From contig JAFTSB010000061.1 in NCBI GenBank assembly GCA_017461945.1, forward strand, positions 1,966 through 65,965: a stretch of DNA of 64,000 nt. The letters are read 5' to 3'. The DNA comes from Clostridia bacterium. GTDB lineage: Bacteria; Bacillota; Clostridia; Oscillospirales; CAG-272. Shown piece by piece: positions 54,110 through 64,000 of the stretch; position 1 is the first letter of the stretch, and every line of letters begins with the position of its first letter. The notes under the pieces are model-generated. The model did no database searches. It had not been told where the DNA came from and worked only from the letters and a program-made list of their open reading frames with translations. The position numbers were made by a program, and so were the translations under genes.

Positions 54110-54731
54110 TGTAGCGCTGCCCAAGGGCAGACTTGGCGAAAAGGTCTATGCGATGTTTGAGGCCGCCGGCTTTGCATGCCCCTCCATCAAAGAGAACAGT
54201 CGCAAGCTCATTTTTGAAAACGAGGAGGTCGGCGTTCGCTACTTCTGGGTCAAGCCCTCGGATGTTGCCATCTATGTAGAGCGCGGCGCTGCCGACATTG
54301 GCGTGGCCGGCAAGGATATCTTGCTGGAATACGAGCCCGATGTGTACGAGCTGTTTGATCTTGGTATTGGCATTTGCCGCATGGCCGTTGCTGCCAAGAA
54401 CGACTTTCGCGACGATCCCCAACGTACCCTGCGTGTCGCCACCAAATTTTCCAATATTGCGCGCAGTTTTTATGCCTCCAAAGGGCGAGATATCGACATC
54501 ATTCATTTAAACGGCTCCATTGAGATCGCTCCTATTCTGGGGCTTTCTGATGTGATCGTAGATATTGTGGAGACCGGCACCACCCTAAAGGAAAACGATC
54601 TTTCCGTGCAAGAAACCATCGTGCCTATCAGCGCACGACTCATTGCCAACAAGGCAAGCTATAAATTCAAAAGTGAACCCATTGAAGCCATTTTGCAAAG
54701 CCTTGCAGCAATGGCAAAGGAGCAAAAATGA
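54102..54731 (+). CDS. hisG: ATP phosphoribosyltransferase (short form)
   Basis: MLNVALPKGRL N-terminus and the DIVETGTTLKEN motif. ATG 54102 overlaps the end of hisZ. Confidence 0.9.
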   Translation: MLNVALPKGRLGEKVYAMFEAAGFACPSIKENSRKLIFENEEVGVRYFWVKPSDVAIYVERGAADIGVAGKDILLEYEPDVYELFDLGIGICRMAVAAKNDFRDDPQRTLRVATKFSNIARSFYASKGRDIDIIHLNGSIEIAPILGLSDVIVDIVETGTTLKENDLSVQETIVPISARLIANKASYKFKSEPIEAILQSLAAMAKEQK

Positions 54732-56011
54732 TTAGAATTCTCAAATACGGCGAGGTGGAAAATACCGATATCTTCGCCCGTGTTGTTCCAACCGTAAATA
54801 CCGAGGCGATCGTTGCCGATATCATTGCCAATGTCAGGGCAAGGGGCGATGCAGCGCTGTACGAGTACTGCGAAAAATTTGACAAGGTACAGTTGGATAG
54901 CCTTGCCGTTAGTGAGGCCGAAATTGACGAGGCCTTTGCTGCCGTCCCGTCCGAGTTTCTGCGCATCCTGCGTCTTGCCGCCGACAATATTCGTCTCTTT
55001 CACGAAAAACAAAAACGCAATAGCTTTATTGTGAACGAGCAAGAGGGCGTTGTTATGGGGCAAAAGATCACTCCTGTCGACCGCGCCGGCCTTTACGTAC
55101 CCGGCGGCACGGCGGCCTATCCCTCTACGGTTTTAATGGATGCCATTCCTGCCAAAATCGCAGGCGTGCCTCAGGTGGTCATGGTCAGCCCTCCCGGCAA
55201 GGACGGCAAGATCCCTGCCGTGATCCTGGCTGCGGCCAAGATCGCAGGGGTGGATCGCATTTTTAAGCTGGGCGGAGCCCAAGCGATCGCCGCCTTGGCT
55301 TACGGCACCGAAAGTGTGCCCAAGGTGGATAAGATCGTTGGCCCCGGCAACGCCTTTGTGGCAGAGGCCAAAAAGCAGGTGTTTGGCGCCGTTTCCATTG
55401 ATATGATCGCCGGCCCCAGCGAGATTTTGGTTTTAGCCGACGGCACGGCAAATCCCCGACACGTGGCTGCAGATCTTCTTTCGCAGGCCGAGCACGACAA
55501 ACTGGCCAGCGCGGTGCTGGTGACCGACTCTGAAGTGTTGGCTGTGGCCGTTCAACAGGAGATCGAGACACAGCTGTCGCTTTTGGAACGCGAGGAAATC
55601 GCCCGTGCATCCATTGACCAAAATGGCAAAATCATCGTGGCCCCGGATCTGCAAAAGGGAATTGAGATCGCCAACGAGATCGCTCCCGAGCATTTGGAGC
55701 TTTGTGTTGACAATCCCTTTGACTATCTGGATCAGATCCGCCACGCCGGTTCGATCTTTATGGGTAAAAATTGCCCCGAGGCTCTGGGCGACTATCTGGC
55801 AGGCCCCAATCATACCCTACCTACCAGCGGAACGGCAAAGTTCTCCAGCCCCTTGTCGGTGGATGACTTTGTCAAGAAAACCCAATATACCTATTTCACA
55901 AAAGAGGCTCTTTCCAAGGTGGCAGAGGATGTGGCCTATTTTGCTCGCAAGGAGGGGCTGACGGCGCACGCGCGTAGCGCTACCGTCCGTTTTGAGGAGG
56001 AAGAGAAATGA
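54728..56011 (+). CDS. hisD: histidinol dehydrogenase
   Basis: GGAQAIAALAYGTESVPKVDKIVGPGN and SQAEHD motifs. Confidence 0.95.
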   Translation: MIRILKYGEVENTDIFARVVPTVNTEAIVADIIANVRARGDAALYEYCEKFDKVQLDSLAVSEAEIDEAFAAVPSEFLRILRLAADNIRLFHEKQKRNSFIVNEQEGVVMGQKITPVDRAGLYVPGGTAAYPSTVLMDAIPAKIAGVPQVVMVSPPGKDGKIPAVILAAAKIAGVDRIFKLGGAQAIAALAYGTESVPKVDKIVGPGNAFVAEAKKQVFGAVSIDMIAGPSEILVLADGTANPRHVAADLLSQAEHDKLASAVLVTDSEVLAVAVQQEIETQLSLLEREEIARASIDQNGKIIVAPDLQKGIEIANEIAPEHLELCVDNPFDYLDQIRHAGSIFMGKNCPEALGDYLAGPNHTLPTSGTAKFSSPLSVDDFVKKTQYTYFTKEALSKVAEDVAYFARKEGLTAHARSATVRFEEEEK

Positions 56012-57072
56012 GCCGTTTTTTTAGCGAAAAGTTCGCATCCTTGATTCCGTACACGCCCGGCGAGCAGCCCCGTGAACGCAAGTTTATCAAGCTCAATACC
56101 AATGAATCTCCCTTCTCGCCTTCCCCAAAGGCCATTCGTTCTGCCGCTGAGGCAGCGGGCCGTCTGCAGTTGTATTCCGACCCCACTTGCAAGGTCTTGG
56201 CCGAAAAAGTGGCAGAACGGTACGATATTTCGCCGGATGAGGTGATTTTGACCAACGGATCGGATGAGGTGCTGAATTTTGCCTTTATGGCCTATTGCGA
56301 CAAGGACCATCCTGCCGCATTTGCGGATATCACGTATGGCTTTTATAAGGTGTTTGCACAGTTACACAACATTCCCTATACCGAGGTCCCTTTGCGCGCG
56401 GATTTTTCTGTGGGCGTAGAGGATTATATTGGCATTCACAAGACCATCTTCATTGCCAATCCCAACGCCCCCACGGGCAAGACCATTTCCCCCGGCGATG
56501 TGGAACGTATTCTGCAAAGCAATCCCGACAATGTGGTGATTATCGACGAGGCGTATGTGGATTTCGGCGCTGAAAGCTGCGTGCCCTTGATTAAAAAATA
56601 TGACAACTTGCTGGTGACACAAACCTTTTCCAAATCACGTTCCATGGCTGGTGCCCGTTTGGGCTTTGGCATTGGTTGTGCCAAGCTGATTGCCGACCTG
56701 CATACGATCCGCTATTCCACCAATCCTTATAACGTGAACAGTATGACGATGGCGGCCGGCATCGGTGTGATGGAGGATGAAGCATACACGCGTAAAAACT
56801 GCCAAACGGTATGCGAAAATCGCGCATTTACTGCGGCAGAGCTAAAGAAAATGGGATTTGAAATGACCGATTCTATGGCCAATTTCATTTTTGCCAGGCA
56901 TCCTGCCGTTGGGGGCGGAGTGCTTTATACCAAATTGAAGGAACGCGGCATTTTGGTGCGCCATTTTGAAAAGCCGCGCATTGAGGACTATAACCGCATC
57001 ACCGTTGGCACACGTGACGAAATGAACGCTTTGCTTGGTGCTGTGCGGCAGATCCTGGAGGAAAACCTATGA
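56008..57072 (+). CDS. hisC: histidinol-phosphate aminotransferase
   Basis: KLNTNESP N-terminal motif and the PLP Lys region TFSKSRSMAGARLG. Confidence 0.9.
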   Translation: MSRFFSEKFASLIPYTPGEQPRERKFIKLNTNESPFSPSPKAIRSAAEAAGRLQLYSDPTCKVLAEKVAERYDISPDEVILTNGSDEVLNFAFMAYCDKDHPAAFADITYGFYKVFAQLHNIPYTEVPLRADFSVGVEDYIGIHKTIFIANPNAPTGKTISPGDVERILQSNPDNVVIIDEAYVDFGAESCVPLIKKYDNLLVTQTFSKSRSMAGARLGFGIGCAKLIADLHTIRYSTNPYNVNSMTMAAGIGVMEDEAYTRKNCQTVCENRAFTAAELKKMGFEMTDSMANFIFARHPAVGGGVLYTKLKERGILVRHFEKPRIEDYNRITVGTRDEMNALLGAVRQILEENL

Positions 57073-57656
57073 GAAAAGCAGAAATCAATCGCTGCACCGC
57101 TGAGACACAGATCAGCCTTGCGCTGGAGCTGGATGGACAGGGAGAAGCAAAAATCAATACCGGTTGTGGATTTCTTGACCATATGCTGACATTGCTGGCC
57201 GGTCACGGCAAGCTGAATTTGAGCGTGGAATGCAAGGGTGACACACATGTGGACGATCACCACACCGTTGAGGATGTGGGCATTGCCCTTGGCCAAGCCC
57301 TTGCCAAGGCGCTGGGCGATAAAAAGGGTATCGTGCGTTACGGCACCATCACCCTTCCGATGGATGAAGCACTGATCACCTGTGCCTTGGATATTTCAGG
57401 ACGTTGCGGCCTGTACGGCACGCTGAACATCCCTTCGCACAAGGTGGGGGGCTTTGACACCGAACTGGTGGAGGAGTTTTTCCTGGGCCTTACCCGTAAT
57501 GCACAGATCACGCTTCATTTTGTGCAGCTGGCCGGCAGCAACTCTCACCACATCATCGAGGGCGCCTTTAAGGCCTTTGGCCGTGCCCTGCGCACCGCTG
57601 TGCGCATCGACCCCGAGCTTGCAGACCGCGTTCCCTCCACGAAAGGAGTCCTTTAA
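57069..57656 (+). CDS. hisB: imidazoleglycerol-phosphate dehydratase
   Basis: GCGFLDHML ... DDHHTVEDVGIALG ... NSHHIIEGAFKAFGRAL. Confidence 0.95.
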   Translation: MRKAEINRCTAETQISLALELDGQGEAKINTGCGFLDHMLTLLAGHGKLNLSVECKGDTHVDDHHTVEDVGIALGQALAKALGDKKGIVRYGTITLPMDEALITCALDISGRCGLYGTLNIPSHKVGGFDTELVEEFFLGLTRNAQITLHFVQLAGSNSHHIIEGAFKAFGRALRTAVRIDPELADRVPSTKGVL

Positions 57657-58273
57657 TGGTCGCGATTATTGATTACGGTGTGGGAAATTTATTCTCACTC
57701 CGCTCCTCCTTTCTTTCCGTTGGAGTGGAAACCGTTGTGACCTCCGATCCTGCGGTCATCCGTGCGGCAGATCGCATCGTGCTACCGGGCGTCGGCGCCT
57801 TTGGTGATGCCGCCCAAAAGCTGCGACAATCGGGATTGGCGCAGGTCGTTGTGGAGCAAGCGCGGGCAGGCAAGCCCCTTCTTGGTATTTGCCTTGGTAT
57901 GCAACTGCTTTTCGACAAGAGTTTGGAGTATGGCGAGCATCAAGGCCTTGGCTTGATAGCGGGCGAGGTGCGCCCCATTGCCGAGACGATCCCCAAAGGA
58001 CTGAAGATTCCCCACATCGGTTGGAATGCTCTGCATTTTGGCGCGAACAAGCACCCGCTGTTCCGTTATCTGGAGGAGGGGGATTGTGTGTATTTTGTTC
58101 ACTCCTTCTACGGTGCCAAATGCGCGGATTCTGTTATCGCTACTGCGGAATATGGCGCAGAGCTGACCGCTGCCGTGGCACATAAAAACGTATACGGTTG
58201 TCAATTTCACCCTGAAAAAAGCGGCGAGGTGGGTCTGAATATCCTGCGTGCTTTTTGCGAAAAGGAGGCTTGA
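57656..58273 (+). CDS. hisH: imidazole glycerol phosphate synthase, glutaminase subunit
   Basis: IIDYGVGNLFS, GICLGMQLL (catalytic Cys) and FHPEKS. Confidence 0.95.
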   Translation: MVAIIDYGVGNLFSLRSSFLSVGVETVVTSDPAVIRAADRIVLPGVGAFGDAAQKLRQSGLAQVVVEQARAGKPLLGICLGMQLLFDKSLEYGEHQGLGLIAGEVRPIAETIPKGLKIPHIGWNALHFGANKHPLFRYLEEGDCVYFVHSFYGAKCADSVIATAEYGAELTAAVAHKNVYGCQFHPEKSGEVGLNILRAFCEKEA

Positions 58274-58275
58274 AT

Positions 58276-58989
58276 ATGCATATTTTTCCTGCAATCGACC
58301 TCTTTGAGGGCAAGGCTGTGCGTTTGTATAAGGGCGACTATGGGCAGATGACCGTGTATAACGAGGATCCGCTGGCGGTGACGCGAGACTTCGCCACCGC
58401 AGGGGCGGAATTCCTCCACGTGGTAGATCTGGAAGGCGCGCGCAGCGGAGAAACTCCCAATCTGGAAACGGTTGAGAGGTTGGCTAAGGAATCCGGCTTG
58501 TTTGTAGAGGTTGGCGGCGGCATCCGCTCTATGGAGGTCGTGGACCGCTATCTTAGTGCCGGCGTGGGTCGTGTGATCCTTGGTACCGCCGCCGTCAATG
58601 ATGAAGCGTTTTTGCGCGCCGCATTAGAGCGCTACGGCGCCCGTATTGCCGTGGGCGTTGACATCAAGGATGGCTATGTAGCCATCAAGGGGTGGACCGA
58701 AAAATCGGCCATACGTGCCCTTGATTTTTGTGACAAAATGGAGAAAATGGGGGTGCAGACCATCATTTGCACCGACATTTCCAAGGATGGCGCTATGCAG
58801 GGTGCAAACCACGCGTTGTACCAAACGCTGTCCCGTCAGTTCCGCATGCAGTTCATCGCCTCCGGTGGCGTTTCCTCCATGGAGGATGTGAAGCGCCTTG
58901 CACAAATGGACCTTTACGGCGCCATTATTGGAAAGGCCTATTACACCGGTGCCATTGATCTGCCAAAAGCGATCGAGGTGGCCAAATGA
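58276..58989 (+). CDS. hisA: ProFAR isomerase
   Basis: IFPAIDLFEGKAVRL and VGGGIRS motifs. ATG 58276 follows AAGGAGG. Confidence 0.9.
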   Translation: MHIFPAIDLFEGKAVRLYKGDYGQMTVYNEDPLAVTRDFATAGAEFLHVVDLEGARSGETPNLETVERLAKESGLFVEVGGGIRSMEVVDRYLSAGVGRVILGTAAVNDEAFLRAALERYGARIAVGVDIKDGYVAIKGWTEKSAIRALDFCDKMEKMGVQTIICTDISKDGAMQGANHALYQTLSRQFRMQFIASGGVSSMEDVKRLAQMDLYGAIIGKAYYTGAIDLPKAIEVAK

Positions 58990-59747
58990 TTACAAAACGT
59001 ATTATTCCGTGCCTGGACGTCAAAAATGGCCGTGTGGTCAAGGGCGTGAATTTTGAGGGCCTCAATGATGTGTCTTCCCCCGTGGAGCTGGCACGCTATT
59101 ATAGCCGGCACGGTGCTGATGAGCTTGTGTTTTACGATATCACTGCCTCGGTGGAGGGGAGGGCCCTTTTTACCGATATCCTGCGCGAGGTCGCTTCCAC
59201 CATTTTTATTCCACTGACGGTTGGCGGTGGCATCAATACCTTGGAGGATTTTGACCGCGTACTGAAATGCGGCGCCGATAAGGTCAGCGTCAATTCCGGT
59301 GCTATACGAAATCCTTCATTAGTGGGAGAGGCCGCCAAACGCTATGGCGACCAATGCGTGGTGCTTTCGGTAGATGTCAAACGCGTTGATGGCGTGTTTC
59401 GCGTATTTGCCAAGGGTGGACGTGAGAACACCGGTATGGAAGCCATCGAATGGATCAAACGCTGCGTTGCCAATGGAGCTGGCGAGATTGTAGTCAACTC
59501 CATCGACACCGACGGCGTTAAGCAGGGCTTTGACCTTGAAATGCTGGAGGCGGTCTGTAACGCCGTCTCGGTTCCCGTGATTGCCTCGGGCGGTGCCGGA
59601 TGCATGGATCATTTTACCCAGTTGTTTCAAGCACTCCCTGGCGTGGATGCGGGCCTTGCAGCCTCGATCTTCCACTTCGGCGAGGTGGAAATTTCCGATC
59701 TAAAAAATACACTTGCCGCGAATGGTATTCCAATGCGGCTGCGGTGA
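58986..59747 (+). CDS. hisF: imidazole glycerol phosphate synthase, cyclase subunit
   Basis: [17 protein letters not shown] and TVGGGI motifs. Confidence 0.95.
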   Translation: MITKRIIPCLDVKNGRVVKGVNFEGLNDVSSPVELARYYSRHGADELVFYDITASVEGRALFTDILREVASTIFIPLTVGGGINTLEDFDRVLKCGADKVSVNSGAIRNPSLVGEAAKRYGDQCVVLSVDVKRVDGVFRVFAKGGRENTGMEAIEWIKRCVANGAGEIVVNSIDTDGVKQGFDLEMLEAVCNAVSVPVIASGGAGCMDHFTQLFQALPGVDAGLAASIFHFGEVEISDLKNTLAANGIPMRLR

Positions 59748-59761
59748 GAAGGAGTAAGAGT

Positions 59762-60421
59762 ATGAAGCTGAATATCAATATAGAAGACTTGAAATTTGAC
59801 GAAAAGGGCTTGGTTCCTGCCATTGTGGTGGATGCCATTACCAAGCGCGTGTTGACCTTGGCCTATATGAATCGTGAGAGCTTGCAGATCTCTTTGGAAA
59901 AGGAACTGACCTGCTTTTGGAGCCGCTCCCGTCAGCAACTGTGGCTCAAGGGTGAAACCAGCGGCAACGTACAACACATTGTTTCCATCACGGCCGATTG
60001 CGACAAGGATGCGCTTGTAGTGATGGTTGAGCCCGAGGGACCAGCTTGTCATTTGGGCACCACCTCCTGCTTTGAAAATGTCATCGCTGAAAGCGACGAG
60101 AGACACGAGTTCTCCTATGCCGGCCTGATGAAGCTGATCGAGGGACGTAAGACCGAAAAGAAAGAAGGCTCTTACACCACCTATCTGTTTGAAAAGGGTT
60201 TGGATAAGATTTTGAAAAAGGTTGGCGAGGAATGCACCGAGGTCATTATCGCCGGCAAAGCCGACGACAAGAAAGAAACCGTTTATGAGATCGCGGATCT
60301 TGCTTATCACGTGATGGTGCTGATGATCCAGATGGGCATCTCTCTGGAGGATATTCACAAGGAGCTGGCCTCCCGTCATGTGATCGACCATAAGGTTAAA
60401 CAGGAAAAAATGACAAAATAA
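59762..60421 (+). CDS. hisI: bifunctional phosphoribosyl-AMP cyclohydrolase / phosphoribosyl-ATP pyrophosphatase
   Basis: LVPAIVVDA ... [17 protein letters not shown] (HisI) followed by [21 protein letters not shown] (HisE). Confidence 0.9.
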   Translation: MKLNINIEDLKFDEKGLVPAIVVDAITKRVLTLAYMNRESLQISLEKELTCFWSRSRQQLWLKGETSGNVQHIVSITADCDKDALVVMVEPEGPACHLGTTSCFENVIAESDERHEFSYAGLMKLIEGRKTEKKEGSYTTYLFEKGLDKILKKVGEECTEVIIAGKADDKKETVYEIADLAYHVMVLMIQMGISLEDIHKELASRHVIDHKVKQEKMTK

Positions 60422-60460
60422 GCCTTGTGGCAATCAACGAAATACATTGCCATGATAAAA

Positions 60461-60498
60461 GGGTGGGTTCAACCAAAAACGGTTGAACTCACCCTTTT
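60461..60498 (+). terminator. intrinsic terminator of the his operon
   Basis: GGGTGGGTTCAACC / GGTTGAACTCACCC 14-bp stem with loop AAAAAC, followed by TTTT. Confidence 0.85.
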
Positions 60499-60688
60499 GA
60501 TGTAATTTGATGGCCACACAGGCGAAAAAGGATCCTGTAACCTTAAAATGCGAAAAATGTAAAATAAAATATGGAAATATATAATAATGAAGTTGGAAAA
60601 TATCAAAATAAAAATGGAAAATGTTCAAATGGAGGGTAGAAGATCGAAATTCACCGCGCTAAGGCGGGGTTATTTCCCCATAAAATCC

Positions 60689-60724
60689 AAAAGAGAGCAG
60701 CCGTGTCGGTTGCTCTCTTTTTTG
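60689..60724 (-). terminator. intrinsic terminator of the HAD gene
   Basis: AGAGAGCA / TGCTCTCT stem (60692-99 / 60711-18). On the minus strand it is followed by TTTTGG. Confidence 0.7.
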
Positions 60725-61513
60725 TCAGATACCGATGATCTCGCCCACATCGCGCAGGATGTATTTGGGGCGGTAGGGGAAGCGTTCGATGTTTTCCATT
60801 GTGCTCACACCCGACAGAACCAGCACCGTATCCAGTTCACTTTCGATGCCGGCAATAATATCGGTGTCCATACGGTCACCGATGATGGCGGCATCCTCGC
60901 GGCGGCAGCCCAGCTTTTTCAGGGCGTGACGCATCATCAAGGGGTTTGGCTTGCCAATGTAATAGGCATTTTTGCCCGTGGTCATTTCAATGGGAGAGAT
61001 CAGCGCGCGGCAGGCAGGGATGATCCCGTTTTCAGCCGGTGCGGTCAGGTCGGAGTTGGTACCGATCAGCTTGGCACCGTTCTGCACCATTTTCACGGCT
61101 TTCTCAATCTTTTCGTAGTTCAGCGAACGTGTCTCACCAAATACCACGTAGTCGGGATTAACATCATTCATCGAGAGGCCTGCCTCGTAAAGCGCATAGG
61201 TCAGCCCGGGTTCGCCGATCACATAAACCGAGCCGCCGGGGCACTGGCTTTCCAGAAACGAGGCGGTGGCCAGGGCGCTGGTGTAAAAATGATCCTCGCT
61301 GACCTTCAAACCCATGCGAGAAAGCTTCATCTCCAGCTCTCTGGGCGAGCGTTCGGAGCTGTTGGTCAAAAACAGAAATTTCTTGTTGTTGGAAAGCAGC
61401 CATTCCACAAATTCTGCCACGTGGGGAATGATGCGGTTGCCGTGATAGATCACACCGTCCATATCGCAGATAAAGGCTTGTTTGTCTTGCAGAGCTTTGA
61501 CATCCGGGTTCAT
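60725..61513 (-). CDS. HAD-IIA family hydrolase (NagD/phosphatase-like)
   Basis: FICDMDGVIYHG (DxDG nucleophile motif), LTNSS and IIGDRMDTDI. Confidence 0.85.
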   Translation of the reverse strand: MNPDVKALQDKQAFICDMDGVIYHGNRIIPHVAEFVEWLLSNNKKFLFLTNSSERSPRELEMKLSRMGLKVSEDHFYTSALATASFLESQCPGGSVYVIGEPGLTYALYEAGLSMNDVNPDYVVFGETRSLNYEKIEKAVKMVQNGAKLIGTNSDLTAPAENGIIPACRALISPIEMTTGKNAYYIGKPNPLMMRHALKKLGCRREDAAIIGDRMDTDIIAGIESELDTVLVLSGVSTMENIERFPYRPKYILRDVGEIIGI

Positions 61514-61811
61514 ATTGCAATCTCCTTCCTTTTACTGCGTTTAGTATACGTTATGGATGTGAACAAAGTGTGAACGGCAAGAGAGCCTTTGCCATCAACT
61601 TCGCATTTTGCACCGTATATTACAAAGCCCGGCGAATTTATGTCGCTCCAACAAAAAAGACGACTAACTGTAGGGGCAGGCGTCCGCGACTGTCCGCGAT
61701 ATGTTATCAAGGCTGCAAGCAACCGGCTACATATTGGTCATCCGCGATGAGGGGGGGATTAGGCTAAAAATCAAAAATGAGCCCATCGCTGTGATTTTTT
61801 TGTCCAAACCC

Positions 61812-61840
61812 TTTACAAAATCTCCCCGATGTGTTAAAAT
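61812..61840 (+). promoter_or_regulatory. sigma-A-like promoter with extended -10
   Basis: TTTACA (61812-17), a 17-nt spacer, then TGT-TAAAAT (61832-40). Confidence 0.55.
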
Positions 61841-61845
61841 GAGAG

Positions 61846-61997
61846 TGCGACACAACTGCATAATTGTCCAATTGGGTAGGTATTTTTACTTATGGTAAAA
61901 ATGCATACTCTTTTTCGCCTACTCATTGGACGGAAGTTGTGTCGCAGCAATCGAGCTATGCGTTTTTCGGTGCGTAGCTTCGGCTGCGCACTTTTTT
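61846..61997 (+). promoter_or_regulatory. structured 5' leader with intrinsic terminator (candidate riboswitch or attenuator, class not recognised)
   Basis: Perfect 12-bp closing helix TGCGACACAACT (61846-57) / AGTTGTGTCGCA (61935-46). It encloses nested helices TCCAA..GTAGG / CCTAC..TTGGA and TTTTTAC / GTAAAAA. The terminator GTGCGTAGC-TTCG-GCTGCGCAC plus T6 lies at 61970-97. Confidence 0.45.
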
Positions 61998-62017
61998 ATA
62001 TTTTAGGGAGAAAGAAA

Positions 62018-62602
62018 ATGAACTTGTTATTGGGACTTTTGGTTACGGCTATTGTATATATGGCTATTCCTATGATTATGCTTTTAAGAAATCACGGCAA
62101 ATTTGATAAGAAAAAAGCCAAGAAAATTGCACTTTGGAATTCTATTATTTTAGGAGCAATTTTTTTGATTATTACTGCTTCTATGGGCGTAGGCGCTTGG
62201 AGTGCTGCCCCTGCGGTCTTGTACTATTGGATAAATAGCGCTATTTTGACCGGTAAAGAGGTGTCTTATTCCAGTTGGAAGATTTTGATTAAGGCGATAA
62301 ATTCTAATAAGAGAGATGAGGTTACTTGTCAAAAAGAAATCAGCAAAAATGAAAAGATTTATTTTCATTTGGAAGTGGTGGGCAAAAAATCCAAAACACT
62401 AACACGCATTCTTGTAGATTGCACGCTACCTAACGGTGAAATTGAGTTGGATGCATTTGACGGCGAGTGGAAAAACGGAGATTGCCTTGTATATCGTTGT
62501 GATCCCGAAATGTTTGGTGAAGAATTAGGAATGTTTAAATGCGAATTTCGTGACACCGATGGAAATTTTTTGGGTGAAGCATCGGTAAATATAATAGAAT
62601 AA
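62018..62602 (+). CDS. small membrane protein with a C-terminal soluble domain, unknown function
   Basis: ATG 62018 (MNLLLGLLVTAIVYMAIP...) follows GGGAGAAAG. There are 3 hydrophobic spans and then ~90 aa of soluble sequence. The track start at 61892 lies inside the leader. Confidence 0.6.
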   Translation: MNLLLGLLVTAIVYMAIPMIMLLRNHGKFDKKKAKKIALWNSIILGAIFLIITASMGVGAWSAAPAVLYYWINSAILTGKEVSYSSWKILIKAINSNKRDEVTCQKEISKNEKIYFHLEVVGKKSKTLTRILVDCTLPNGEIELDAFDGEWKNGDCLVYRCDPEMFGEELGMFKCEFRDTDGNFLGEASVNIIE

Positions 62603-62626
62603 TTGTGTCAAGGTTTTCGGGAAAGA

Positions 62627-62666
62627 AAAAGGAAAACCCCTTTTACAAAAGGGGTTTTCCTTTTTT
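62627..62666. terminator. bidirectional intrinsic terminator
   Basis: GGAAAACCCC / GGGGTTTTCC stem flanked by an A-run and T6, between convergent genes. Confidence 0.8.
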
Positions 62667-62687
62667 GCGCTTTCTTATCGCATCAAA

Positions 62688-64000
62688 TTAATACATTCCA
62701 CCGCCTGCACCGGCCATTGCAGCGTTTGCTGCAGCCTCGGCTGCGGGATCCTTTTTGTCGGCAACAACGCTCTCGGTGGTGAGCACCACAGAAGCGATAG
62801 AAGCCGCGTTCTGCAGGGCACTGCGGGTCACCTTGGTGGGGTCCACGATGCCTGCGGCCATCATGTCGCAGTAGGTCTCGTTATAAGCGTCAAAGCCGTA
62901 GCCCACCTTGCCGCTGGTCATAATGGTATTGACAACCACGCCACCGTCAAAGCCTGCGTTCTCAGAGATCTGACGGACGGGCTCCTCCAGAGCCTTAACC
63001 ACGATCTGTACACCGGTCTTTTCGTCACCCTCAACGGTGTCAATCAGTGCCTTGACCTCGGCAATCACGTTCAGATAAGCGGTGCCGCCGCCGGCAACAA
63101 TGCCTTCTTCAACGGCCGCCTTGGTGGCGTTGAGTGCATCCTCAATGCGGAGCTTCTTCTCCTTCATTTCAGCCTCGGTTGCAGCGCCGACCTTGATCAC
63201 GGCTACGCCGCCGGCCAGCTTGGCCAAACGCTCCTGCAGTTTCTCACGGTCGAAATCGGAGGTCGTGGTTTCAATAGCGTTGCGGATCTGACCAACGCGA
63301 GCCTTGATGTTCTCGCTCTGACCGGCACCGCCAACGATAATGGTGTTTTCCTTGTTGATCTTGACCTGACGAGCACGGCCCAACTGATGGATCTGGGTGT
63401 CCTTCAGCTCCAGACCAAGGTCGGCAGAGATCACCTCGCCACCGGTCAGGATGGCGATATCCTGCAGCATCTCCTTGCGGCGGTCGCCAAAGCCGGGAGC
63501 CTTAACGGCAACGCAGGTAAAGGTGCCGCGCAGCTTGTTGAGCACCAGAGTGGTGAGAGCCTCGCCCTCAACGTCCTCTGCAATGATGACCAGTTTGCGG
63601 CCGGCCTGCACGATCTGCTCCAACAGGGGAAGGATCTCCTGAATGTTAGAGATCTTCTTATCGGTGATCAGAAGCAGGGCGTCGTCGATAACGGCCTCCA
63701 TCTTATCCATATCGGTTGCCATATAGGGGGAGAGATAGCCGCGGTCAAATTGCATACCCTCAACCACCTCAGAGTAGGTATCGGCGGACTTGGATTCCTC
63801 AACGGTGATAACGCCGTCGGCAGAAACCTTTTCCATTGCATCGGCAATCAGCTTGCCAATGGATTCGTCACCGGCAGAAATGGTGCCAACGCGGGCAATA
63901 TCCTCGGTGCCGTTGACCTTTTTGGAATTGGCAACCAGGCACTCAACCGCCTTATCAACGGCCTTTTTCATGCCCTTGCGCAGTACCATGGGGTTGGCAC
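62688..64000 (-). CDS. groL: chaperonin GroEL, C-terminal ~437 codons (5' end beyond the right edge)
   Basis: The frame stays open to the edge (..ANPMVLRKG). [13 protein letters not shown] and the Gly/Met-rich C-terminus AGAGGGMY are present. Confidence 0.95.
   Translation of the reverse strand, partial: ANPMVLRKGMKKAVDKAVECLVANSKKVNGTEDIARVGTISAGDESIGKLIADAMEKVSADGVITVEESKSADTYSEVVEGMQFDRGYLSPYMATDMDKMEAVIDDALLLITDKKISNIQEILPLLEQIVQAGRKLVIIAEDVEGEALTTLVLNKLRGTFTCVAVKAPGFGDRRKEMLQDIAILTGGEVISADLGLELKDTQIHQLGRARQVKINKENTIIVGGAGQSENIKARVGQIRNAIETTTSDFDREKLQERLAKLAGGVAVIKVGAATEAEMKEKKLRIEDALNATKAAVEEGIVAGGGTAYLNVIAEVKALIDTVEGDEKTGVQIVVKALEEPVRQISENAGFDGGVVVNTIMTSGKVGYGFDAYNETYCDMMAAGIVDPTKVTRSALQNAASIASVVLTTESVVADKKDPAAEAAANAAMAGAGGGMY

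Noticed and set aside
60587-61573. 328-aa plus-strand ORF overlapping the HAD gene
   Set aside because: The minus strand encodes a HAD-IIA hydrolase with DxDG and GDxxxTD motifs and a terminator. The plus-strand ORF is antisense noise.

Overview
This is a 64-kb chromosomal segment that looks like a Clostridia genome, possibly Oscillospirales-like. That placement is inferred from gene content, GGAGG-type RBSs, sigma-A-like promoters and T-box use. I saw no rRNA, CRISPR array, transposase, integrase or prophage genes.

The right half is core metabolism. It holds a Leu T-box-controlled branched-chain amino-acid supra-operon (leuA-ilvBN-ilvC-ilvD-X-leuCDB-Y-ilvA-ridA-ilvE, 37.4-52.3 kb). It also holds a complete his operon headed by a TrpR-like YerC/HisR gene (52.6-60.4 kb) and the 3' part of groEL.

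The left half is accessory. It carries small sugar, aromatic-like and redox modules with AraC and MarR regulators, a tRNA-Pro/tRNA-Leu pair, and two loci that stand out:

1. 13.6-22.0 kb is a visibly AT-richer island. It encodes a SipW-type signal peptidase, five paralogous TasA/BsaA/camelysin-like secreted subunits, a 1046-aa secreted protein with no recognisable anchor, and an Lgt-family membrane enzyme. I read it as a candidate heteropolymeric fibre/adhesin system more elaborate than the described tapA-sipW-tasA or sipW-bsaA operons.
2. 25.4-32.1 kb is a promoter-to-terminator six-gene operon. It joins an exported Ig-like-repeat protein and a large polytopic helical protein to a vWA-PP2C-kinase-vWA (TerY-P-triad-like) module.

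Other notable items:
- a family of long palindromic intergenic repeats placed just after ilvC and ilvE;
- an orphan riboswitch-like leader at 61.8 kb;
- a perfect 27-bp inverted repeat that includes the 3' end of tRNA-Leu;
- a beta-lactamase-fold protein that has lost its catalytic Ser and Lys.

Many long antisense ORFs in the supplied track are rejected as GC-driven artefacts.
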